A DNA stretch of 64,000 bases, taken from contig WJMG01000075.1 of NCBI GenBank assembly GCA_014728075.1, positions 4,262-68,261 on the forward strand, read 5' to 3'. This DNA comes from Candidatus Omnitrophota bacterium (GTDB taxonomy: Bacteria; Omnitrophota; Gorgyraeia; Tantalellales; Tantalellaceae). Every line of letters starts with the position of its first letter. Position 1 is the first letter of the stretch. A model generated the notes under the pieces. That model worked only from the letters and a program-made list of their open reading frames with translations, searched no databases and had not been told where the DNA came from. The translations under genes were made by a program, and so were the position numbers. Below, piece by piece: positions 38,014 through 45,805 of the stretch.

Positions 38014-39360
38014 TTATTTGGATTCTGTCGCGAATATCTGGAACCCGGCATAGGACTCCATACCGTGTTCGCCTATATCCAGCCCTTTAAGCTGTTCCTC
38101 ATCGGAAGCCCTCAGGCCCATGGTCAGCTTAATAATACCGAAAAGCGCGAAGGCGGCCCCGAAAGTCCACAGAAAAACCGAACCCACACCTACGGCCTGC
38201 GTTATTAACTGGGACAGACCTCCACCGAAGAAAAGGCCGTTGGCTCCCCCGTAGGCCTCCTGGGCGAACAGCCCGACGGCAAGGGTGCCCCAGGCTCCGC
38301 ATACGCCGTGTACGGAGACCGCGCCGACGGGATCGTCGATCCTGAGGACCTTGTCGATGAACTCGACGCTGAAAACTACCAGTATCCCGGCTACCGCACC
38401 TATGATGATCGCGCTGGAGGGAGATACATTGGCGCAACCCGCGGTTATTCCGACAAGCCCGGCCAGCGCGCCGTTAAGCGACATACTGACATCCGGCTTA
38501 CCGAACTGCAGCCAGACCGTTATCATGGCCGCCACCGCGCCCGCGGCCGCCGCAAGATTGGTAGTAACCGCTATTACCGCTATGCTCAGGTCGGTACCGG
38601 CCGTCGTACTGCCGGCGTTGAAACCGAACCATCCGAACCACAATATGAACACACCGAGCGCGGCAAGAGGTATGTTATGGCCCTGTATGGCGTTGGATGA
38701 CCCGTCACTGTTATACTTACCGAGTCTTGGCCCCAGAAGCAGGGCTCCGGCGAGAGCCGCCCATCCGCCTACCGAATGCACTACGGTGGACCCGGCAAAA
38801 TCGATCATTCCTTTCGCCGAAAGCCATCCGCCTCCCCATATCCAGTGCCCCACTACCGGATATATAACAGCGGTAAGAAAAGCGCTGTAGGCCAGATAGG
38901 AAGAGAACTTGGTCCTTTCCGCCATCGCTCCCGAAACGATAGTGGCCGCGGTCGCCGCGAACACCGCCTGGAAGATCCAGAAAGTGAACTGCCAGAGACC
39001 GTCGGCGGTCGACGGGTCGGCACTGCTTAAAAAGAAACCGCTCTTTCCGAAAAGCCCGAAAGCGCTCGCCCCGAACATTATCGCGAAACCCACGGCCCAG
39101 TAAGCCAGTGAACCTACGGCGAAATCCATAAGGTTCTTCATCATTATGTTACACGCGTTCTTGGCCCTGGTAAACCCGGTTTCCACCATCGCGAAACCGG
39201 CCTGCATGAAAAACACCAGTATCGCGGCGAGAAGGGTCCACACGGTGTCGATAGCCACCGCGTTGGAAGCCGCTGTGGCCCCGTCATCCCCCCACGCCCG
39301 CGGCACCAGACCAAGGACCAGAGCCGGCATTATCCTGAGTATTTTACTTAACATCTTCAT
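38014..39360 (-). CDS. amtB: ammonium transporter Amt (second copy)
   Basis: 448 aa; paralogue of 36092..37438. Confidence 0.95.
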   Translation of the reverse strand: MKMLSKILRIMPALVLGLVPRAWGDDGATAASNAVAIDTVWTLLAAILVFFMQAGFAMVETGFTRAKNACNIMMKNLMDFAVGSLAYWAVGFAIMFGASAFGLFGKSGFFLSSADPSTADGLWQFTFWIFQAVFAATAATIVSGAMAERTKFSSYLAYSAFLTAVIYPVVGHWIWGGGWLSAKGMIDFAGSTVVHSVGGWAALAGALLLGPRLGKYNSDGSSNAIQGHNIPLAALGVFILWFGWFGFNAGSTTAGTDLSIAVIAVTTNLAAAAGAVAAMITVWLQFGKPDVSMSLNGALAGLVGITAGCANVSPSSAIIIGAVAGILVVFSVEFIDKVLRIDDPVGAVSVHGVCGAWGTLAVGLFAQEAYGGANGLFFGGGLSQLITQAVGVGSVFLWTFGAAFALFGIIKLTMGLRASDEEQLKGLDIGEHGMESYAGFQIFATESK

Positions 39361-39394
39361 GATATCCTCCTTCCCGTATCCTAATGGTACAGGA

Positions 39395-40222
39395 TCAATA
39401 AGAGAATCCTAATGTCACCCCGCCGAAGAACTCGTTCTCCTGCGCGTCGTTATAGGTATCCCTGTCCAGTATTACCGAATAGGAAACATTGGGCACCAGA
39501 TAAAAATGGTTGAAGAACGGTATTGTAACATCAAGCGACAAAAGCATATCGCTCCATCCGTGTTTATCCGTCCACTGTTCGTAATTGTAGCCGAAGGCAG
39601 CGCCTATATCGGCCGTGATATCGTTCCCCAGGTCAAAAGTATGTCCGCCGCCGAACTGGAGATATGAACCGTGGCCGGCTTCGACATCCCAGTACCAGGT
39701 AAAGAAAGGCTGGAGGAGAATGTCGTAAGAAGTTCCCACAAAGACCTCATGGGAAGTGGCTCCCTTCTCATCCAGGTCCATGTTGGGAAAAGTGTAAAAG
39801 GTATATCCCATCGAAATGCTCCACGGGTCCAGCGCCTCCGCGTCTTCAACGCCCATGTAACCCATCATCTCTCCGACGGAAAACTCGTAACTGGCTGTAT
39901 AATCAAGTTCAGTAAGCTCCTGGTACGACCCGTTCGCCTTGTCGCGGCTCATGCTGTAGTTCCCCCAGAGATCCAGAGTGAACCCGTATTTTGACAGGTT
40001 GACATCGAACTGCATTACCGGGGCGTCGACCAGGTTCTGCCCTCTCCAGATGTACTTGCTCATGAAAGCGGTGCTTGCGTCAAGATCGGGCATGCCCTCC
40101 GGCTTCGCGGGCAGATAATCCTCCTCCATGTCAAGTACGGCATGAGCGCTCGCGCACATTAAGGTAATCCCCGCAAAAAGCGTGAACGCCCTCAAAAAGA
40201 TCTTTTTCCTGAAACTGCACAT
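39395..40222 (-). CDS. putative outer-membrane porin (beta-barrel)
   Basis: Start at MCSFRKK with AAGGAGGG Shine-Dalgarno; signal peptide; alternating aromatic/hydrophilic strands; ends GFSY. Confidence 0.5.
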   Translation of the reverse strand: MCSFRKKIFLRAFTLFAGITLMCASAHAVLDMEEDYLPAKPEGMPDLDASTAFMSKYIWRGQNLVDAPVMQFDVNLSKYGFTLDLWGNYSMSRDKANGSYQELTELDYTASYEFSVGEMMGYMGVEDAEALDPWSISMGYTFYTFPNMDLDEKGATSHEVFVGTSYDILLQPFFTWYWDVEAGHGSYLQFGGGHTFDLGNDITADIGAAFGYNYEQWTDKHGWSDMLLSLDVTIPFFNHFYLVPNVSYSVILDRDTYNDAQENEFFGGVTLGFSY

Positions 40223-40518
40223 GATACCCTCCTTCTTTTCGTTTTCGAGAGACTTTCTCCCCCTGATATGTAACATTCTTCCACCGACATGACCTCCAGG
40301 TCAAGCATTTTGATCCCTTTTCCGAACATGCGCTCGAAGTCAGATGTGATCCTCGGCAACTCCTCTCCCGTAACATATGCTTCTATTCTGACATCGAACC
40401 ATATTTCGGGGATTTCACCGAAGTCGAGGACCAGCATCCTTTTCACTCCGGCCCCGGAAAGTCTTGAAAGGACCGGGTCCAGCTCGGAGCGTTCGCACCT
40501 TAACTCGATCTTCTTCAT
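40192..40518 (-). CDS. small PII-like (GlnB-fold-like) protein, function unknown
   Basis: 108 aa from MKKIELRCERSELDPVLSRLSGAGVKRMLVLDFGE (AGGAGGGGAAGG Shine-Dalgarno sequence); the N-terminal pattern mirrors GlnB. The 3' end overlaps the porin start by 31 nt. Confidence 0.4.
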   Translation of the reverse strand: MKKIELRCERSELDPVLSRLSGAGVKRMLVLDFGEIPEIWFDVRIEAYVTGEELPRITSDFERMFGKGIKMLDLEVMSVEECYISGGESLSKTKRRRVSCAVSGKRSF

Positions 40519-40532
40519 CCTTCCCCTCCTTT

Positions 40533-40580
40533 CTTTAAAAAAAAGCGCCCTGCCCCTTCCCGAATCTCCGGAAAGAGAGG
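40533..40580 (-). terminator. hairpin plus U8 tract in the leader of the PII-like/porin/amtB operon
   Basis: Minus-sense CUCUUUCC-ggagauucg-GGAAGGGG ... GGGCGCUUUUUUUU, about 20 nt upstream of the Shine-Dalgarno sequence. Confidence 0.35.
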
Positions 40581-40647
40581 ACGCCCTTGTCAAAAAAGAC
40601 ATTCCTCCCGGAACGCCTTTGTCTGATAACATCTTTGTGTTCTTTTA

Positions 40648-40702
40648 CCGTGCACTGCTACGTGCTCGATAATACAAGTAAATCCGGATACTTTCCGGTA
40701 AC
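40648..40702 (-). promoter_or_regulatory. conserved nitrogen-operon upstream element, copy 2
   Basis: See copy 1; contains CCGGATTTACTTGTATTATCGAGCACGTAGCAGTGCACGG. Confidence 0.5.
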
Positions 40703-41223
40703 TACATAAGCTCTTCCTTGAGCGCCGAGCATTTTTCCCTTATGTTCTTAGTTATCTTCCCCACCATTACATGCGAAACCCCTATTTTATCGCCTATCTC
40801 CCTGGTGGTGTAACCTTCCAACCTGTAGAAAAACACATTCTTTTCCCTTTCCGTGAACATTGACTCCGTTTCGTCCAGAAGAAGGTATATCTCCAGGGTC
40901 CCCGTATCCTTTGTATAACTATCGGAGACCAGGGTATCCTCGATGGTGATATCCTCCTCGATAGGGGTATACATGCTGATGGAATTCCTGTCCACGCTCT
41001 TGCATATTTTCCTTATATAGTTCTTCAGGAAGAAATATGACCCCTGAAGTATATAGCTGTCGGTCTTTCCTTCCAGCTCGCCGTTCTCGAACCTTAGCCA
41101 GAGGTCAAGAAGGGCTTCCTGAAAGAAATCGTCCTCGTCGCAGTAAGAATATCTGTTCCTTACCTTGTACGAAATAGCTCTTATCCTGGGCGAATATTTT
41201 GCGAGAACATCTTCGTAGCTCAT
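40702..41223 (-). CDS. RNA polymerase sigma factor, sigma-70 family (ECF-sized)
   Basis: 173 aa from MSYEDVL; region 2 (FFQEALLDLWLRF) and region 4 HTH (REKNVFFYRLEGYTTREIGDKIGVSHVMV). Confidence 0.7.
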   Translation of the reverse strand: MSYEDVLAKYSPRIRAISYKVRNRYSYCDEDDFFQEALLDLWLRFENGELEGKTDSYILQGSYFFLKNYIRKICKSVDRNSISMYTPIEEDITIEDTLVSDSYTKDTGTLEIYLLLDETESMFTEREKNVFFYRLEGYTTREIGDKIGVSHVMVGKITKNIREKCSALKEELM

Positions 41224-41254
41224 CCTGACCACCTCCTTTTTTGGCTTTATAAAG

Positions 41255-41300
41255 AAAAAGCCCTTTCGGGTCCTTTTCAGGACCCGAAAGGGCTTCGATG
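41255..41300 (-). terminator. rho-independent terminator after the GAF-ANTAR gene
   Basis: Minus-sense GAAGCCCUUUCGGGUCC-ugaaaa-GGACCCGAAAGGGCUU followed by UUUUCUUUAU. Confidence 0.75.
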
Positions 41301-41440
41301 CCTTAACCCGGCCGCGGGCTTTATGAACTAAAAAAGAGGCTTCCATTCCGGTAAGCCTCTTCGCGTTTTGTACATCCGTGTACGACTTTTATTATACTAC
41401 TTTCCCGGATCAAAGTCAACAACTATCGTCTTTCACAAGG

Positions 41441-42148
41441 TCACTTTTTACCGCCCGATATCTCGAAGGACAGTATAACGGCCTCTGCCACTTCCTTCAT
41501 GGAAATACGCTTGTTCATGCTGGACTTCCTCAAGAGCTTGTATGCCTCGTCCTCGGAAAGGTCCTGCTGCCTCATCAGAATACCCTTTGCTTTCTCGACC
41601 TTTTTCCTGGTCTCGAGCTCTTCCTGGATCACTTTGGTCTTTACCATCAGTTCTGTATTCTCTATCGCTACAGCCGCCTGGTTGGCGACGGCGCTCAGAA
41701 GTTCAATATCACTTTTGGTAAAATCGTGTTTCTCGACCGTGTAAACATTTATAACGCCTATGACCTTTTCCTTGACCATCATAGGCACGCTTAACATCGA
41801 AATAAGGCCTTCTTTCTTCGCGAGCTGCTTTTCCTTATACCTGTCGTCCTGGGAAACATCCTTTATAACAAGCGGCTCGGCTTCTTCGGCTACCAGGCCC
41901 ACTATACCCTCCCCCACCTTTATGGCCCTTTCTTTCAGATATTCCTGGCTCATTGCCTGCGTTGCCCTTATCCTGAGTTCCCCGGCTTCTTCGTCGAGAA
42001 GCCAGAGAGCGCATATTTCGGCCCCCATGACACCCGCGGTGAGATTAACGATCAGCTTAAGTATATCCTCGAGGTAAAGGTCGCTGGTTATAGCGTGGCT
42101 TATCCTGGTCAAGGTCGAAAGATATTCTTTTTCAGAAGATTTCGGCAT
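41441..42148 (-). CDS. GAF-ANTAR RNA-binding antitermination regulator
   Basis: 235 aa; N-terminal GAF domain, C-terminal ANTAR motif (AKGILMRQQDLSEDEAYKLLRKSSMNKRISMKEVAEAVI). Confidence 0.8.
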   Translation of the reverse strand: MPKSSEKEYLSTLTRISHAITSDLYLEDILKLIVNLTAGVMGAEICALWLLDEEAGELRIRATQAMSQEYLKERAIKVGEGIVGLVAEEAEPLVIKDVSQDDRYKEKQLAKKEGLISMLSVPMMVKEKVIGVINVYTVEKHDFTKSDIELLSAVANQAAVAIENTELMVKTKVIQEELETRKKVEKAKGILMRQQDLSEDEAYKLLRKSSMNKRISMKEVAEAVILSFEISGGKK

Positions 42149-42264
42149 GATTTTTCCCCGGTTTAAATATTTATCGCTGCCCTGTCCTCGGGCATTCTCG
42201 AAACATATCCCCCGCTTTCACCCGGGCTTCTTCGCCGCGGAAGTTCCCGGGACATTCCGAGTTT

Positions 42265-42297
42265 ATGAGTTACGGGCGCAAAGCGCCCGTAACTCAT
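42265..42297. repeat. 33-nt perfect palindrome ATGAGTTACGGGCGC-AAA-GCGCCCGTAACTCAT
   Basis: 15-bp perfect inverted repeat with a 3-nt centre, 9 nt past the glnN stop codon and upstream of the GAF-ANTAR gene. Confidence 0.8.
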
Positions 42298-42306
42298 GTG
42301 CTCATT

Positions 42307-44400
42307 TTACATCATGAAGAGCATTTCCGCGTAAGACGGGAGCGGCCAGATCTCGTCCGGAAGAAGTTCTTCCAGACGGTCGACGGCTACTCTGAGCTCG
42401 TTCATAGCGTCTATCTTTTCGGAAGCCTTGCCTCCAAGAGCGGCTTCGAGTTCCTTTATACCCTTGAGCATCTTCTCGGTCTCGCCGCCTACTTCCTTGA
42501 GAAGGTCCATAGTACCGTCCGACTTGCACCCGCATGTTTTCATGTCATCTATGGTCCCCGCGAGCGAAGACTGGTACTCCAGGGCTATGGGAACTATCAT
42601 TGTCCTGGCCATTTTGAGCGCGACACTGGCTTCGATAGTAATGGTCTCTTCATACTGCTCCTCGTAGATATCGTGCCTTGAAGCCAGCTCCTCGGGTGTG
42701 AGGACTTTATGTTTCTTGAACATCTCGATCACTTTAGGATCTTTTGTAGCTTCGAGAGCCGCTTCGGTGTTCCTCAGGTTCGGAAGCCCTCTCTTTTCGG
42801 CTTCCTTGTGCCAGTCTTCGGTATAATTATCACCGTTGAAGAGTATTCTTTTATGTTTTTTGACTATACCCTGAAGCACGACCTGTAGAGCTTCGTTAAA
42901 ATCCTTACCGGATTTCACATCAGACTCGAGTTCCGTGCATATCTCATCGAGAGCATCCGCGACTATAGTGTTAAGCACGATGTTAGGCCCGGCGCAGCTC
43001 TGGTTGGATCCCGGCGCCCGGAACTCGAACTTATTCCCCGTAAAGGCGAAGGGGCTCGTCCTGTTCCTGTCAGTCACATCTTTGGGAAGCTGCGGCAGGG
43101 AATCCACCCCGAGTTCAAGGAGATCCGCCTGCTTTGAGCTTTTTGCGCCACCCTTTTCTATCTGGTCGATTATATCCGTAAGCTGGTCTCCCAGAAATAT
43201 GGACAGTATCGCCGGCGGAGCCTCGTTAGCGCCCAGCCTGTGGTCGTTACCGGCGGTAGCTACCGAAGCTCTAAGCATCGGCGCGTTAGTATCGATCGCC
43301 TTCATGAGCGCGCATATCATGGTAAGGAACTTGGCGTTCTCGTGCGGATTATCCCCCGGGGAAAGCCAGTTCTTGCCGTCCGGACCGACCACCGACCAGT
43401 TGTTATGCTTACCCGATCCATTGACCCCGGCGTATGGTTTTTCGTGAAGAAGGCATACAAAACCGTGCTTTTCCGCCACCTTTTTCAGCGTCTCCATACA
43501 TATCATGTTGTGATCTATCGAAAGGTTCTGCTCCTCAAAAACCGGAGCTATCTCGAACTGCGCCGGACAGACCTCGTTGTGACGGGTCTTTGCCGGTATA
43601 CCCAGCCTCCAGAGCTCCCTGTCCAGATCGTCCATAAAGGACATGACCCTTGTCCTGATAGCTCCGAAGTAATGATCGTCCATCTGCTGGTGTTTAGCCG
43701 GGGCGCTGCCGAAAAGGGTCCTTCCCGTCTGTATCAGGTCAAGCCTGGCTTCGTAAAACGACCTGTCGACAAGAAAATATTCCTGTTCGGGGCCGAGGGT
43801 GGCGTAAGCTCTCTTGTCTTTAGTGTCTATACCGAAAAGCCCAGCCAGGCGGCATACCTGTTTTGAGAGAGCCGCGACCGACCTTAAAAGAGGTGTCTTC
43901 TTGTCAAGCGCTACCCCTGTATAGGAATAGAAAGCCGTCGGGATGCACAGGGTCGCCCCTATTTCCCCTTTCTTTATGAAAGCGGGCGAAGTCGGGTCCC
44001 ATGCGGTATACCCTCTGGCTTCGAAGGTAGCCCTGAGCCCTCCGGACGGAAAACTTGAAGCGTCCGGCTCGCCTTTAATAAGCTCATTGCCGGAAAATTT
44101 CATAATAACGCCGCCTTCCTGGTCCGGCTCTATGAAAGAATCGTGTTTTTCGGCCGTCGCCCCCGTGAGCGGCTGGAACCAGTGGGTAAAATGGGTCGCG
44201 CCCTTAGCGACCGCCCAGGTCTTCATGGCGTCGGCGACCTCGTCGGCTATGGAAGGGTCTATCGTCTTGCCTTCCTTTATTGTCGCGATAAGCGAACCAT
44301 ACGCTTTTTCCGAAAGGTAATTGCGCATGTTCTTGATGCTGAAAACATTCTCGCCGTAAATATCCGCTACCGACCTTACTCCCATTTCTTCCTTACACAT
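42307..44400 (-). CDS. glnN: glutamine synthetase type III
   Basis: About 697 aa from MCKEEMGV (AAGGAGG Shine-Dalgarno sequence); length and conserved segments typical of GSIII (GlnN). Confidence 0.9.
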   Translation of the reverse strand: MCKEEMGVRSVADIYGENVFSIKNMRNYLSEKAYGSLIATIKEGKTIDPSIADEVADAMKTWAVAKGATHFTHWFQPLTGATAEKHDSFIEPDQEGGVIMKFSGNELIKGEPDASSFPSGGLRATFEARGYTAWDPTSPAFIKKGEIGATLCIPTAFYSYTGVALDKKTPLLRSVAALSKQVCRLAGLFGIDTKDKRAYATLGPEQEYFLVDRSFYEARLDLIQTGRTLFGSAPAKHQQMDDHYFGAIRTRVMSFMDDLDRELWRLGIPAKTRHNEVCPAQFEIAPVFEEQNLSIDHNMICMETLKKVAEKHGFVCLLHEKPYAGVNGSGKHNNWSVVGPDGKNWLSPGDNPHENAKFLTMICALMKAIDTNAPMLRASVATAGNDHRLGANEAPPAILSIFLGDQLTDIIDQIEKGGAKSSKQADLLELGVDSLPQLPKDVTDRNRTSPFAFTGNKFEFRAPGSNQSCAGPNIVLNTIVADALDEICTELESDVKSGKDFNEALQVVLQGIVKKHKRILFNGDNYTEDWHKEAEKRGLPNLRNTEAALEATKDPKVIEMFKKHKVLTPEELASRHDIYEEQYEETITIEASVALKMARTMIVPIALEYQSSLAGTIDDMKTCGCKSDGTMDLLKEVGGETEKMLKGIKELEAALGGKASEKIDAMNELRVAVDRLEELLPDEIWPLPSYAEMLFMM

Positions 44401-44448
44401 GACTACCTCCTTGGATTGTATGACACACACTAAATTTTACTCTTTTTC

Positions 44449-44584
44449 GCCTGAAAAAGAAAGAACATCCTTTCCGGGCCGCTATAAAAGAAGCCTTAAA
44501 AGGATGTTCTTCCCTGAACTTCCCGTTTATCCCTCACAACAAAGTGGGGGTAAAAAGAAAAGGCACTCCCGTAAAAGGAATGCC
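44449..44584 (-). promoter_or_regulatory. glnN leader with two terminator-like hairpins (candidate attenuator)
   Basis: Hairpin 1 GGCAUUCC-uuuuac-GGGAGUGCC plus UUUUCUUUUU (44551..44584). Hairpin 2 AGAACAUCCUUUU...AAAGGAUGUUCUU plus UCUUUUUC (44449..44510). Confidence 0.5.
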
Positions 44585-44690
44585 TCTTTGCTTTCAAATC
44601 CGCACTGCTTCGTGCAGTTTTTATTTTACCCTATTCCTGAATTTTGTCAACATCTTTTTTTGCCCGCTTTTCCCGCTTCTTCTGCCTGCC

Positions 44691-45392
44691 TTTTGTACCG
44701 GGTTCCGACCCCACTTTGTACCGGGTACGAACATAAAGCTGTAGCTGTCCCCTCAGTTTTTTGAAAGAATTACATCAAAAAAGTTGTATCTAATAGTGAG
44801 GGGGGATATTTATACGATCGTGTAAAAATCAACACAACCAACAGGAGGTGCTCAAAATGTCCAGAACGAAAAGAATACTTATCGACAACAGTTATTACCA
44901 CATAATAAACAGGGGAAATCGAAAAAAAGAGATCTTCAAACATGGATCAGATTACAGGCATTTTCTCTCTCTACTTAAAAAGGCGAAGAAAAAACATAAA
45001 GTAAAGATAAACGCTTACTGCTTAATGCCGAACCATATACATATCATCGCTTATATCCGGGAAGCAAAGACCATCTCCAGCTTAATGCACTATGTTTCCC
45101 GAAATTACGCCTCGTATTTTAATTCCAGATATGAAAAAGTAGGCCATCTTTGGCAAAGCAGGTTCAAGAGTTATCCTCTTCTCACGGAAGAATATTTGAT
45201 ACATGTGGCCAATTATATTGAAATAAACCCGGTAAAAGCAAAGATAGTGGATGACCCATCAAAATACACCTGGAGCAGTTACAATGAAAGATGCCTTATG
45301 CAAAAACAGTATCTTCTGGATCCTATTACGGTATAGGGACAGGTACAAGTTCAGATCGGTACCCGGTACAAAGCTGACACGGTACCCGGTAC
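44691..45392 (+). mobile_element. REP-RAYT-REP unit (REP-associated tyrosine transposase flanked by inverted REP sequences)
   Basis: IS200-like Y1 transposase ORF bracketed by inverted copies of a ~45-bp element GGGGACAG(G/C)TAC..-N8-GTACCCGGTACAAAG. Confidence 0.7.
44857..45336 (+). CDS. REP-associated tyrosine transposase (IS200/IS605 TnpA-like, Y1 HUH)
   Basis: 159 aa from ATG 44857 (AGGAGG Shine-Dalgarno sequence); HUH motif NHIHII and a downstream Tyr-containing helix (YVSRNYASYFN). Confidence 0.8.
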   Translation: MSRTKRILIDNSYYHIINRGNRKKEIFKHGSDYRHFLSLLKKAKKKHKVKINAYCLMPNHIHIIAYIREAKTISSLMHYVSRNYASYFNSRYEKVGHLWQSRFKSYPLLTEEYLIHVANYIEINPVKAKIVDDPSKYTWSSYNERCLMQKQYLLDPITV

Positions 45393-45399
45393 TGTTTTG

Positions 45400-45714
45400 T
45401 TACTTCCGTATCATCACCAGCACCATCTTAACCCTTTCCGGCGCACTCACGGAATGAGGGACATCCGCCGGCATTATTATGGACTCGCCCGCCGATAGCC
45501 CGTGCTTCTCACCGGCTATGGTGACTTCCGCGCGGCCGTCCACCACATTGACAAGAGCATCGAAAGGCGCGGTGTGCTCACTGAGCCCCTGATCCTTGTC
45601 AAAAGCGAAAACCGTAACGGTACTTTCCTTGTCTATTATCGCCCTGCTGACCACGGACCCTTCCTGGTAATCTATAAGGTCGCCGTATTTGAACACTTTA
45701 GCTTTTATATCCAT
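45400..45714 (-). CDS. cupin domain protein
   Basis: 104 aa from MDIKAKV (AAGGAG Shine-Dalgarno sequence); conserved-barrel cupin pattern (G...H..P.D). Confidence 0.65.
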   Translation of the reverse strand: MDIKAKVFKYGDLIDYQEGSVVSRAIIDKESTVTVFAFDKDQGLSEHTAPFDALVNVVDGRAEVTIAGEKHGLSAGESIIMPADVPHSVSAPERVKMVLVMIRK

Positions 45715-45805
45715 TTCAACTCCTTTCCACAGCGTCGAGCGTAAAGAAAACCCCGCCGGTCCGATACGGCGATACATCTCACCTCTTCAAGCTGAACGCT
45801 AAGGG

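Noticed and set aside
40192-40276. Treating the 146-aa track ORF 40192..40632 at full length
   Set aside because: The first 38 residues are low-complexity (GGMSFLTRASSLSGDSGRGRALFFKERRGR) and lack a Shine-Dalgarno sequence. The internal ATG at 40518 has a strong AGGAGGGGAAGG ribosome-binding site and starts the PII-like fold pattern, so the shorter 108-aa version was reported, at modest confidence.
34551-44650. Sigma54 (TGGCAC-N5-TTGC) promoters upstream of glnN, amtB, gltB
   Set aside because: No GG-N10-GC match with the conserved flanks was found in any of the leaders. AT-rich sigma70-like boxes are present instead, so the NtrC/sigma54 model is not supported from sequence alone.
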